Shown here: in pieces, positions 52,193 to 64,000 of the stretch
Layout: every line of letters starts with the position of its first letter
Numbering within the stretch: position 1 is the stretch's first letter
DNA from: Octopus bimaculoides
Lineage: Eukaryota
Length of the DNA stretch: 64,000 nucleotides
Direction of reading: 5' to 3'
NCBI RefSeq assembly: GCF_001194135.2
Contig: NC_069004.1
Coordinates: 8,783,972 to 8,847,971 of the forward strand
The notes under the pieces: model-generated
Database searches by the model: none
What the model saw: the letters and a program-made list of their open reading frames with translations, nothing else
What the model was told of the DNA's origin: nothing
Translations under genes and position numbers: made by a program

Positions 52193-52570
52193 GGAGGCGC
52201 AATGGCCCAGTGGTTAGGGCAGCGGACTCGCGGTCATAGGATCGCGGTTTCGATTCCCAGACCGGGCGTTGTGAGTGTTTATTGAGCGAAAACCCCTAAA
52301 GCTCCACGAGGCTCCGGCAGGGGATGGTGGCGAACCCTGCTGTACTCTTCCACCACAACTTTCTCTGACTCTTTCTTCCTGTTTCTGTTGTACCCGTATT
52401 TCAAAGGGCCAGCCTTGTCACACTGTGTCACGCTGAATATCCCCGAGAATTACATTAAGGGTACACGTGTCTGTGGAGTGCGTAGCCACTTGCACGTTAA
52501 TTTCACGAACAGGCTGTTCCGTTGATCGGATCGACTGGAACCCTCGACGTCGTAAGCGACGGAGTGCCAA
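52193..52570 (+). mobile_element. SINE family A, full length with (CAA)n tail
   Basis: Complete head and body colinear with the 951 copy. Confidence 0.92.
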
Positions 52571-53161
52571 CAACAACCAACAACTGTTGCTACTGTTTCA
52601 GTATGCACTCTGACTGTGGTCAAAGTTTTTTCTATCGATCATGGTGTGTGTATCATTCTATCTCTAAGGATGTAGAGTTACAGTGGAGAGAGGAATATGA
52701 CTATCATTTCTAGCAGCTCGAAGAACCTCGCAAAAGTTTCATTGGTGGAAAATGAGGATTTTTGGTGTTTAACCCAGTTGACCTCTGAACCTGCAGACCA
52801 ACGGTTAAAGATGGTCATGCATTGTGAATCGTCTATTTTCTCAGAGGTACTGTTTCTGCCAATAGAATCAATTTGTCCCTTCAGATGATTACTTGCAATT
52901 TGAGGGAGATTTGGGTGCTATTTCTAGCTGAAAGACTTCAACTTTGCTTCTGCAGTAAATATTATAAGTACACTGTACCTAAGTATCCAAATACTTGGTG
53001 TAAACGTAGCACCACGTTATCAGAGTCGAGACACTGTTGAACTTAGTTTTAAATGCTTACTGTACGCTAGAGTTAAATTTGTCATTTTAATCAGTAATCT
53101 TTGTTGACATATGTAAGTAGATGTACATAACACATGCTTTCATAAAGCAAATATATGTATG

Positions 53162-53203
<42 letters not shown>

Positions 53204-53223
53204 GTATGTTAAATCTCTGAACG

Positions 53224-53288
<65 letters not shown>

Positions 53289-53540
53289 CACACAAATATA
53301 TAGATAAATATATATACATGTGTTTATGTATGTATGTACATGTATACTGAGACATGCATACGTATTCTGACGCACACATATATACATACATACATGCATT
53401 TTATACGCATCAACATATGTAGATATACATGTACATACATGCATACATACATACATATATATATATAAATATGTATAAATGTGTATTTACATATGTAGAT
53501 ATATATATATATATATAATACGTAATCGGTTGTGGTTCAT

Positions 53541-53582
<42 letters not shown>

Positions 53583-54144
53583 NNNNNNNNNNGACAGAGA
53601 CAGAAAACGAGAGTGACAGGGATGGGGAGAGAGATGGAAATGGATGAAGAGGAAGAAAGAAGGAATTAGAAAAGACATAACACTTAGAAAACCAAAACAG
53701 AGAGGAAAAAAAAACATGTCCGTCAATAAAACACAGAATGCGAATTTAAAACGTATGGGATCTATTTATAGAAAGCGCTGGCCAGAATATTAAATAGCTT
53801 GAATGTCTGGTAGAGTAAGAAATCTGTCATAAACAACCACAGAAACAACACCCACTGTAAGATTACAACTGGTAGCAATCTGATAAATTTTTAGTCTCAT
53901 TGGATTACACACCCTCTAATACCCACATATACACGGATATATACAAGTGTGGTTTTATTTACACATATGTATATAAGTATTTATGTTTGTCTCTGTGTGT
54001 GTGTGTATTATATGTATATTTATATAAATGTGTGTGCGTGTGTGTGTGTGTACACACTCATATATGTTGAAATACATTGATGGCTAAAACGAAAGGACAC
54101 CCGAAAATATAATCACTTCCCACAAATTAGTGTGTGCGTGTATG

Positions 54145-54192
<48 letters not shown>

Positions 54193-55388
54193 NNNNNNNN
54201 NNNNNNNNNNNNNNNNNNNNNNNNNNNNNNNNNNNNNNNNNNNNNNNNNNNNNNNNNNNNNNNNNNNNNNNNNNNNNNNNNNNNNNNNNNNNNNNNNNNN
54301 NNNNNNNNNNNNNNNNNNNNNNNNNNNNNNNNNNNNNNNNNNNNNNNNNNNNNNNNNNNNNNNNNNNNNNNNNNNNNNNNNNNNNNNNNNNNNNNNNNNN
54401 NNNNNNNNNNNNNNNNNNNNNNNNNNNNNNNNNNNNNNNNNNNNNNNNNNNNNNNNNNNNNNNNNNNNNNNNNNNNNNNNNNNNNNNNNNTATCATGGAA
54501 AATTGGGGGTGAAGGTATGTAATTTTCTAACCCACCGAAAAGCTCAGTGGAATACTCTCCTTTGAGGCTTCTCCCCCTCCGCCTTACACTCATCTATTCA
54601 TTTCATTTATTTTTTTTTGTCGTTACATGCAATTATTTATCATCATTGTTCAAGGTGATTACGTATTTGCTGAGTTGTGGTAAACGCAGACATTTCTCAT
54701 TGAAAAATGCTGCCGAACAAATATTTTACAAGCCAAGTGACACAAGATGACTCTTTAGTTTCGGTTGGCGGCTATTTTAGATCAACCATTTTCAAATCAG
54801 ATGATACTAAGTCTCGTTTTCGACTTTATTCCTTTTTCTGTTTTGTTGGAATATCTTGAGTAGCTTTATTTTACAAACATATCTTTTAAAATATCAAAAT
54901 GCCAGGAACTTTGAACAGTTTCTGAGGGATAAATTATTTTGATTTCAAAGAACACTTTTTATTCATTTTTCGTCTTCAGTTACTTATTTGTCTATGAATA
55001 TTTATTTGGCGGCGACACAAAATCTGACATTTTTTTTGTTTTTTATAAAGGAATACTTGATAGAATGCAAAGAAATATAAAACAGAAAATTTAAAAAATA
55101 TGTACGATAGAAAGATACACAGAAAGAGAAAGAGGGAGGGAATAAAAAATGAAAGTGAGAGAAAAAGACAGATATGTCATAAACTAGATATGAAAGAAAC
55201 CTTCATTCGCTAGCATTTTTTATATGAAACGTAAGTTAATCTTGTTACACTTAGCTAGATAGACATAATGTGATATTGATTGATGCATATATAATTGATA
55301 TATACATACACATGAATGCAAACGTGTACATACATACATACATATATACATACATACAGCTTCTACGTAAATATGGAAACAGACAGAC

Positions 55389-55537
55389 CCTATTTCAGAA
55401 GAAATGATGATGGTGTCATTGTTTCCCATCTTATGGGTCAGGGTGAACTCTTCAAAGTACTTCTTTGCTGAAGGTGTTCCATGCGACGCTAAATGACCCC
55501 AGATGACCCCCAGGTGACCTCGAGTGACATATGAAAC
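55389..55537 (-). CDS. candidate internal coding exon of an unidentified gene (VSYVTRGHLGVIWGHLASHGTPSAKKYFEEFTLTHKMGNNDTIIISSEIG)
   Basis: Strong acceptor TTTCTTATTTCACAG| at 55538, GC-elevated non-repetitive block, only one of three frames stays open across it; donor GG|GTCTGT is weak, so the 3' boundary is uncertain. Confidence 0.5.
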
Positions 55538-56651
55538 CTGTGAAATAAGAAACATTTTACATAACAGCAAAATTCTTATTTATGAATATTATTTCATAGA
55601 AAACATGAGATTGCTTCCAATATAAATTGGGTTTTGTATTTTTTTCTTGGACCGTGATGGTTTCATCCTACCACATTTAAAAGTTATGCTTTTGCAATCA
55701 AAAGCAAGAAATAGCTACCAATCATATGCTGAACAAAAGAAACAGCGAAGCTGTTGGTCCCCACCCCAACATATGAACGAAAAATGTTGGTTATGTCACA
55801 TATCTGTGAAAGACATTACACATATGACCAACAGCTGCCTTAAAATTTTCATCAAGCTATTTATTTTCTGTGCCGTATGACGTTGCTAAAATCATGAAAA
55901 ATGGCATCAGTAAGAAGGACCGCTTGGGATAAGATACAAAATATAATCATACATTCCGTCTTGAGGAAAATTATGAACCATTCCCATAGAATATTCTAGT
56001 ACGTGCAAATACAACTGCTCTGATATAGTTCCCTGATATAACTCTTTTTAGGACAGAAACAAGACTGATATACCGTTGTGAAGGTCATCTGCTCAAAGTA
56101 AACATTTTACTCAAGCAAACGTTTCACTCAAAACTAGTGAAGAAAGCAGAGACCATACATGATGAATTACTGAAAACTACAACATACAGCTTGGTCCGGG
56201 AATCGAACACACTACCTCACGATTGTAAGCCACACGCTCGTACACACTGAGGCACTGAAACGCACACATAACACACACACACATCCTCTTTTACTCGCGC
56301 CAGTCATAATACTCTGGCCATGCTGGCGCATCGCGTCAGTGGTTATAGTTAATTACATTGCATACAGTACATATTTTATCGACAACGGAAGGAGGGAAAA
56401 CAAATTAAATGTGAACCCGGGTGGGGTTTTAAATTTAGGAAGTAAAGTACCCGTCACTAATCCTAACAAGGTAATTTGTCTAATTCTCCTATATACACGC
56501 CCGCCCTGTTTTGGCGTGTATGATTTTTTACAATGTTACATACATTCATGTAAACACATAGCCACAAACACATATATGTATACATATATACATCGACAGA
56601 TACATATATATATGAATACGTACATATGTACATATATACATATGCTAACAT

Positions 56652-56743
<92 letters not shown>

Positions 56744-56886
56744 TTATGCATGCATACATACGTATGTACATTCAAGACATATACATGTGTATGTATGTCC
56801 GTGTGTATAAATATATATATGTATATACACACACGTACAAATATACTTTTACAGGTACATATACATACATATATAGATATATACGC

Positions 56887-56918
<32 letters not shown>

Positions 56919-56965
56919 AGATTGTGTTCTTGTCTCATTTTGTATTTTTTATATCTATATCTATC

Positions 56966-57003
<38 letters not shown>

Positions 57004-57765
57004 CACAGATACACAGACACACACATATATACAAATACACTTACATATAAATTCGTATACAAACAGGAGTCGCTGGTTGTTGTTGTCTAAATTCCAATAA
57101 AGGAATTATGTTTCTATGTTGGACACCGTTTCTGTTTTATGAGGAATTTTGGAAATTTAAACCCAAAAAACATGTTTTTTCCTTTTATGATGGAGTCGTG
57201 GGAGTGCTTTGTTGACAACTAAATAAAACGGAGTCCACCTACCTTCCCGTATTTGACTATGGCTGAGAGAGAGAGAGAGAGGGAGGGGAGAGATGAGGAG
57301 AAGTTGAACAAGGAGGAGGTAGAGGAAAAGGAAGGGTCTTGGGAAGAGAAGGAGACAGAAGAAGAAGAAAAGAAATACAACAATAACAACAAAGACAACA
57401 ACAACAATTGGATTAATATTGACCTCGATAGGACGTCGATAAATTGTAAAGTCAACCTCGATGCGAGTAAAACAAAATACCGAAAAATGTTCGACCCGAC
57501 TTACTGAACTTTCATCTCTTTGTGGCCGACAAATAAAGTCGCAGTCTAGTTTTAGGCTTGATTCTTCCGACCCTTGTTGCTATTAATCATCATCATCATC
57601 TCCATCCTCTTCACCACTCCCCTTCCAACTCCTCATCACCTTTTTCTTCTGGTTGAGAAGCAAACTACTTTTGTTCTGGTTGAGAAGCAAAGTACTTATT
57701 TAAAAATTTTTAATTAGCAGAAAATACAGTAGTTATCTTCTTCTTAATCCTTTTTGCCCCTTGTG

Positions 57766-57910
57766 GGGCATAGGGCCGGTTTCCCGGTTTCCATGGCGTA
57801 TGTGTCCCCCCGCCCCACCAGCTGGACGAGATGCCAGTCCATCGCAACGTTACTCAAGAGACAGGAAGAAAGAGTGAGAGAAAGTTGGAGCGAAAGAGTA
57901 CAACAGGGGT
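57766..57910 (-). mobile_element. SINE fragment sharing the family A central segment but with a different 3' domain
   Basis: Minus strand TGTACTCTTTCGCTCCAACTTTCTCTCACTCTTTCTTCCTG (as in A), then GCGATGGACTGGCATCTCGTCCAG...GGAAACCGGGAAACCGGCCC. Confidence 0.65.
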
Positions 57911-58207
57911 TGAAGTAACCAGCTACCACTCTCTTTACCAATACAAGTTAAAGTATAACAATGAGTCTCGTATTATCTGTATGTCCGTTGTCTATTATAC
58001 ACTTTCTTTAATAAATATGGATGTTCAAATCGCAGTCACTCGTCTTCAGGTTTGTCCCGTATTTATGAGACGACAAGTATAATCTGAACGGAGTAGTGAA
58101 ATATGCGACACTTGCATGTAAAACCATCGTGGTTCTTCTCTGTTCTTGCTATCTAAATTCCTGCGTTGGTGCTTTCTTTCTTTTACTGAAACAGCACTTC
58201 TTTGAAA

Positions 58208-58305
58208 ATCTATCTATCTATCTGTCTGTCTATCTCTGTGTCTATCTATCTATTTTTCTATCTGTCTGTTTGTCTATCTATCTATCTGTGTGTGTGTCTG
58301 TCTGC

Positions 58306-58337
<32 letters not shown>

Positions 58338-58520
58338 GTGTGTCTATCTATCTATCTGTGTGTCTATCTATCTATCTACTTGTCTATCTATCTATCTATC
58401 TTTGTGTGTCTATCTATATATCTATCTATCTATCTTTGTGTGTCTATCTATCTACTTGTCTATCTATCTACTTGTCTATCTATCTACTTGTCTATCTATC
58501 TATCTATCTATCTTTGTGTG

Positions 58521-58566
<46 letters not shown>
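58208..58566. repeat. compound (TCTA)n microsatellite with TGTG and CTTG interruptions
   Basis: Direct reading. Confidence 0.95.
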
Positions 58567-58888
58567 CGTGTGTATGTAAACAACTTTCCTTTCACGGTGA
58601 CACTTATATTCTTGCTCTTTCTAAGCTTCTTGAAAACTCTTTGTGTTTCTAGTTTGTTATATGTTAAAGTTAATTAACCATTTAACACGTTTTCCACCCT
58701 TTGTTCTGTTGGGAAAAATCTAAGAACGTTGCGACTTTGATACAAAGTTGTTTTGTAAATAAAAATAAAACAAATGAAATTTGATATCAGATCTCATCTT
58801 TGCTTCAAAACAATTCCTATATCGATTACAATACGTCTTTCTAGTGAATTGAGAAGTGTTTGTAAACAGATGTATGTATGTGTGTATG

Positions 58889-58919
<31 letters not shown>

Positions 58920-59016
58920 TAAGTGTGTGTCAGTATATATATAATGTATATATATGAGTATGTATGTTCATGTATATATGTATACACGCTCATGTACACA
59001 GACACNNNNNNNNNNN

Positions 59017-59065
<49 letters not shown>

Positions 59066-59409
59066 CATACATACACATACACGCGCGCGTTTGTGTGTAT
59101 GTGTGTATTTCTTTATTAATGTGAGTATCCATATAAATATATACATACATATTATTTAAGAAACACAGGGTTTAAATAAAAATCCGCTATAAGCTTCCTG
59201 CGCTTAAACTATAACAGTCGAAAACCTTCTGTAGCGTACCGTGTGATATCCTGCAATCTTTCAGGCTCAAAATGATTTCCACAACAGAGCATAACTTTTC
59301 CTTGTAAAACACAGTACCTGACCGGCTGTGTTTTAACGTAGTGGTGGTTGTAATTTTTAAGTTCCACTAATATTCTTTTGACCGTTCGGTCTCAATATAT
59401 ACAATTCCG

Positions 59410-60176
59410 AAGGCGGCGAGCTGGCAGAAACGTTAGCATGCCGGGCGAAATGCTTAGCGGTATTTCGTCTGCCGTTACGTTCTGAGTTCAAATTCCGCCG
59501 AGGTCGACTTTGCCTTTCATCCTTTCGGAGTCGATAAATTAAGTACCAGTTACGCACTTGGGTCAATNNNNNNNNNNNNNNNNNNNNNNNNNNNNNNNNN
59601 NNNNNNNNNNNNNNNNNNNNNNNNNNNNNNNNNNNNNNNNNNNNNNNNNNNNNNNNNNNNNNNNNNNNNNNNNNNNNNNNNNNNNNNNNNNNNNNNNNNN
59701 NNNNNNNNNNNNNNNNNNNNNNNNNNNNNNNNNNNNNNNNNNNNNNNNNNNNNNNNNNNNNNNNNNNNNNGCCGGGCGAAATGCTTAGCGGTATTTCGTC
59801 TGCCGTTACGTTCTGAGTTCAAATTCCGCCGAGGTCGACTTTGCTTTTCATCCTTTCGGGGTCGATAAATTAAGTACCAAGTACGCACTGGGGTCGATCT
59901 AATCGACTTAATCCCTTTGTCTGTCCTTGTTTGTCCCCTCCATGTTTAGCCCCTTGTGAGTAATAAAGAAATAAGAAACGTTAGCACGCCGGGCGAAATG
60001 CTTGGCGGTATTTCATCTGCCGCTACGTTCTGAGTTCAAATTCAGCCGAGGTCGACTTTGCCTTTCATCCTTTCGGGTTCGATAAATTAAGTACCAGTTG
60101 CGTACTGGGGTCGATCTAATCGACTCTCCCCCTCCCCCAAAATTTCGGGCCTTGTGCCTAGAGTGGAAAAGAATAT
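59410..60176 (+). mobile_element. SINE family B tandem array (unit, gap, long-tail unit, short-tail unit)
   Basis: Three cores at about 59510, 59840 and 60060; gap 59568-59770 may hide or artificially duplicate a unit. Confidence 0.85.
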
Positions 60177-60184
60177 ATTCAGTC

Positions 60185-60400
60185 TCGTCTGTTGGTGTTT
60201 TCTTTCTTGCTGTCGTGTTCCAGACTGTTCTGGCCACTGCATCATGCCCCATGAGAAGATAATATCCAGAAGACATTCACTCGTACTTGGCAATACCGTG
60301 GTTCATGTCTTCCGTCTTAATTTTGCACAGCCTCCATTTGACTTTTGTCGTCTGTTAATGTTTTCTGCCTTTCCTGCAGTAGGTACTTGGTGGGGATCTC
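60185..60400 (-). pseudogene. R4/Dong-like LINE fragment (zinc-knuckle region)
   Basis: EIPTKYLLQERQKTLTDDK / KWRLCKIKTEDMNHGIAKYE*MSSGYYLLMGHDAVARTVW resembles CRxC...ET..Hi...C.......Y..RHD.VAr.ihW of RLE-bearing LINEs. Confidence 0.65.
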
Positions 60401-60806
60401 TTGCATGCATGTATGCATGCAAGCATGTATGTATATGGAGTGTTTTACTTAAGGTCGAAATATGGTGGGTTCTGTGAACTTGCCTTATGCGTTTTGCAAT
60501 GTGTAAATTTATAAATGTGTACGTGTGTGTGTGCGCGCGCACGTGTATGCATGAGTGTGCATGTGTGCATGTGTGTGTGAGTGTGTGTATCTATGTCTGC
60601 CTAATCTATTTCCAGGCGCCCATCTGGAAACTATGTATATTTTTGTATTTCTCTCACTTTCTCTGTCTGTTAGTCTTTCTGCCACTGTCTATCACTCTGT
60701 CTTTCTGTCTGTCTCTCTGCCTGTCCGTATCTATCTATCTATCTATCTATCTATACATATACACAAATATAACACTTAAAAATATATGTTCGTGAATGTA
60801 TGCGTG

Positions 60807-60875
<69 letters not shown>

Positions 60876-61559
60876 GCATGGTGTTATACAAAACCATACA
60901 AACACGCACACTTCCACACACATAAGCACATATATATACTATCATACACACCTTGAAACATAAACGCACACACTCTCTCTTTCATGATTACACAAACGCA
61001 CTCATATTTTACACGCATACATACACATAGACCTCCTTGCCTGTCACCTATCATAAGTTTATCAATAAATGTTGTAGAGTTATCTAGCACACAGCAGCAA
61101 TATGGTAGATAAGGTTACATCAAGGATGAAGGCATGTATTTGTGGTAAAGTGGGGCGGAAGCATGGCTCTGTGGTTAGGAAATACTCCGACATGTCTATG
61201 TGGTTATGATGTTGCTCCTGGTGCGCATACGTATCTTCTACCATAGCCTAGGGGCAACAAGTATGTTGAAATTCTAGAATTGGCCCCACCTCCCGAATCT
61301 GAGGCAACTTCTTCTACGTAGCTATATTCTTCTTTCTATATAAGTGAAATGATCCATTTGTATTATATTTACTTATTTATTCGGTTGTGATTAAATGACT
61401 GTAAAGTGCATTATATACTGAGACCTGACTATAGTACTGTTCCCATCCATGTATTAAAACATAATATCTGATTTGTCGCCCACATATTACTGAAATAATT
61501 GAAAACCATGGGTCGGTCATATATACATACATACATACATACATACAAACATGACTGAC

Positions 61560-61936
61560 TGACACTCCGTCGGTTACGACGACGAGGGTTCCAGTTGATC
61601 CGATCAACGGAACAGCCTGCTCATGAAATTAACGTGCAAGTGGCTGAGCACTCCACAGACACGTGTACCCTTAACGTAGTTCTCGGGGATATTCAGCGTG
61701 ACACAGTATGACAAGGCTGACCCTTTTAATTACAGGCACAACAGAAACAGGAAGTAAGAGTGACAGAAAGTTGTGGTAAAAGAGTACAACAGGGTTCGCC
61801 ACCATCCCCTGCCGGGGCCGCGTGGAGCTTTAAGTGTTTTCGCTCAGTAAACACTCACAATGCCCGGTCTGGGAATCGAAACCGCGATCCTATGACCGCG
61901 AGTCCGCTGCCCTAACCACTGGGTCATTGCGCATCC
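61560..61936 (-). mobile_element. SINE family A, full length
   Basis: Complete reverse complement; flanked on both sides by (CATA)n. Confidence 0.92.
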
Positions 61937-61943
61937 ACATACA

Positions 61944-61975
<32 letters not shown>

Positions 61976-63060
61976 CAGGGTGCGTCAGTTTTTAAAAAAT
62001 AATTTATATGAATTTAGTAAAAGACGAATAGCTCATCAAAGAAAAGCTGTATTTCCAAATAAATTCATACAAATAATCTTGTGAATTCTTTTATCACATC
62101 TATTTAATGAATCCACTGTTATCCTCAATGGTTGCTTCAATACAGGGTCGGAAGCGTTAAAATGCCTGAATCAGATGATCTTTATCAATTTTGGCCAGTG
62201 TTGGTTATGGCAGACGTGAGAGATTCTATGGTGTTATGGGGTGTTGGTTAACCTTTCTTCCTTGATTATGTAATAGTCCAGCGGATTGAGGCCTGATGAG
62301 CTAGGAGGCCATGTATCTGGGAGAAAATGATCATCAAGATTGACACGCATCCACGCCTGAACTGACATACCCTTAAGAGACGAGCTCAGACTCTTGTTGG
62401 AAGACGTATGGTCTTTCGTTGTGTACTCTGTCTCTCTAGGACCTCACAACTTTCTTCAACATCTCTGTGTAGACTGCGGCATTGACCCTTAAGCCCTGCC
62501 AAAAAAGTGACGGAAAATGTTGCTGGAAACATAGTATGCACGACAGTTGGAGTCTCATTTGAGTTTCTGCATAACCATCTGTCGTTCATTCGATTTACCT
62601 TTTGGTCCTAATCAATGTTTTGTCATCGAAGAAAAGCCAAAGCATTCCAGCCTCTTTGTGTTTTAAATTGCTTAATAAGTGCTTAGCACGGATTAAACGT
62701 TTCTCGCTTATCACACCCGACATAAACTGACCTCTCCGCTTCAAATACGATTTGTACCGGATGTCCTCATGCACAGCTCTTCTAATGGTGCATTCTGAAA
62801 GCTTGAGGCCCATCTCAATGGCTCTGATTGACTTTCCAGGATGGTTATTGAATATTTCTTGGGCTTTTTATACAAAGTATTGTAAGGCTCACGTGCATGC
62901 GTTTTGCGTTTAGCTGCTGAAGTTGGATCCTTCTCAGAAGCTTTCAGCTCCTTTTGAACTTAGACAACGAAGGATCAGGAAATTTTCAGGAAACAAGCTA
63001 TCTCTGTATCACTATGCTGCAGTTTTAAGTCCCGTAATCCATTGGGGCGTTGGGATTTAA
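61976..63060 (-). pseudogene. maT/DD37D (Bmmar1-like) transposon, decayed, near full transposase
   Basis: LSECTIRRAVHEDIRYKSY...LWLFFDDK / NDRWLC...HTMFPAT / PYVFQQES / WPPSSSGLNPLDYY; TA|CAGGGTGCGTC terminus at 61976; second TIR not recognisable. Confidence 0.88.
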
Positions 63061-63171
63061 TTTTTTATGAAGTGTACCTCGGACACTGAATTTTTACACG
63101 TTCGTTTGGCCAGTCAAATATAGGAGATATATGTCATTCAAGCCACACTCTAATATCTTAAAACTAAAACA

Positions 63172-63400
63172 GCAGAACAATATCGCTTTCAGGTTTCGAC
63201 ACAAGGACAGCAATATCGGGGGAGGTATAGGTCGATCAGATTGACCCGAGTACTCAACTGATACTATTTTATCGACCCCGAAAGGATGAAAGAAAAAAAA
63301 GCCGACCTCGGCGAAATTTGAACTCAGAATATGAAGGCTGACAAAATGCAACTAAGCATTTTCCCTGGGGTGTTAATGATTCTGCAACCTCGCTGTCTTA
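63172..63400 (-). mobile_element. SINE family B, diverged short-tail unit
   Basis: TTATCGACCCCGAAAGGATGAAAG...GCCGACCTCGGCGAAATTTGAACTCAGAA...CAACCTCGCTGTCTTA. Confidence 0.8.
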
Positions 63401-63886
63401 TTATATCGAAATATTGGTTGCAAATTTTGGCACATGTCTGTATGCATTTGTGTGTGTAAGCGTGTGTAAGCGTGTGTGTGCGTGTGTGAGAGAGAGAGAG
63501 TGTGTGTGTGTCTGTGTGTATGTATGCGAGAGAGAGAGAGGCGGGGGCTCTATGTAGGGAGAGATCTCAAAAAAATCTCACGCGAGGACGGTCAGTTTAA
63601 CATTAAAAGCTGGAGAGCGGTCAAGGTCTGTTCTAAATGGAGAACAATCTTTGTTAGATAAGAGAACGGCATTATCTAACAAATGGCGCAGATGAAAGTC
63701 GATACACACCGCACATTTACACATGCACATACAAATATATGGATGTATATGCAAACATACATGGATGTGTGCGTGTTTGTGTGTGTATGTATATAACAGT
63801 TTATATGCATAAGTATATATACGGATAAATATATAAGTACACACAGATACATACATACATACATAAATGCATATATATATATATAC

Positions 63887-63917
<31 letters not shown>

Positions 63918-63923
63918 TGTATG

Positions 63924-63957
<34 letters not shown>

Positions 63958-63959
63958 TG

Positions 63960-64000
<41 letters not shown>

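Noticed and set aside
52640-52860. Possible hAT dimerisation-domain remnant (CESSIFS)
   Set aside because: A single weak motif, with no TIRs or further support.
57647-57697. 27-bp tandem duplication TTCTGGTTGAGAAGCAAA(C/G)TACTT
   Set aside because: Two copies only; an ordinary local slippage duplication.

Overview
Eukaryotic, AT-rich, gap-riddled draft sequence dominated by (TA)n/(CA)n/(TCTA)n microsatellites and interspersed repeats. The SINE content and microsatellite load point to a coleoid cephalopod, most likely Octopus (inference; no database check was possible). No complete protein-coding gene is present, and almost all ORFs in the supplied track are translations of microsatellites or N-gaps. 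Supported content: (i) three abundant tRNA-derived SINE families, here called A, B and C, including recurrent head-to-tail dimers of B; (ii) decayed Tc1/mariner transposase remnants of several lineages plus Tc1/mariner and hAT MITEs; (iii) decayed non-LTR retrotransposon fragments (RTE, I-group-like, R4/Dong-like); (iv) one plausible orphan coding exon (55389-55537, minus) and one candidate promoter/first exon (about 33636-33800, minus). The most unusual signals are an 89-bp near-perfect inverted repeat bracketing a promoter-like segment (38422-39064), several minus-strand hammerhead-ribozyme-like folds of the Penelope-like-element type with non-canonical cores, a symmetric mariner MITE whose spacer is exactly the transposase C-terminus, a CRE-motif minisatellite, and a DR4-DR5-DR4 nuclear-receptor half-site array inside the candidate exon. 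Boundaries of decayed elements are approximate. I found no evidence that any of these is a proven novel system; they are candidates for testing.
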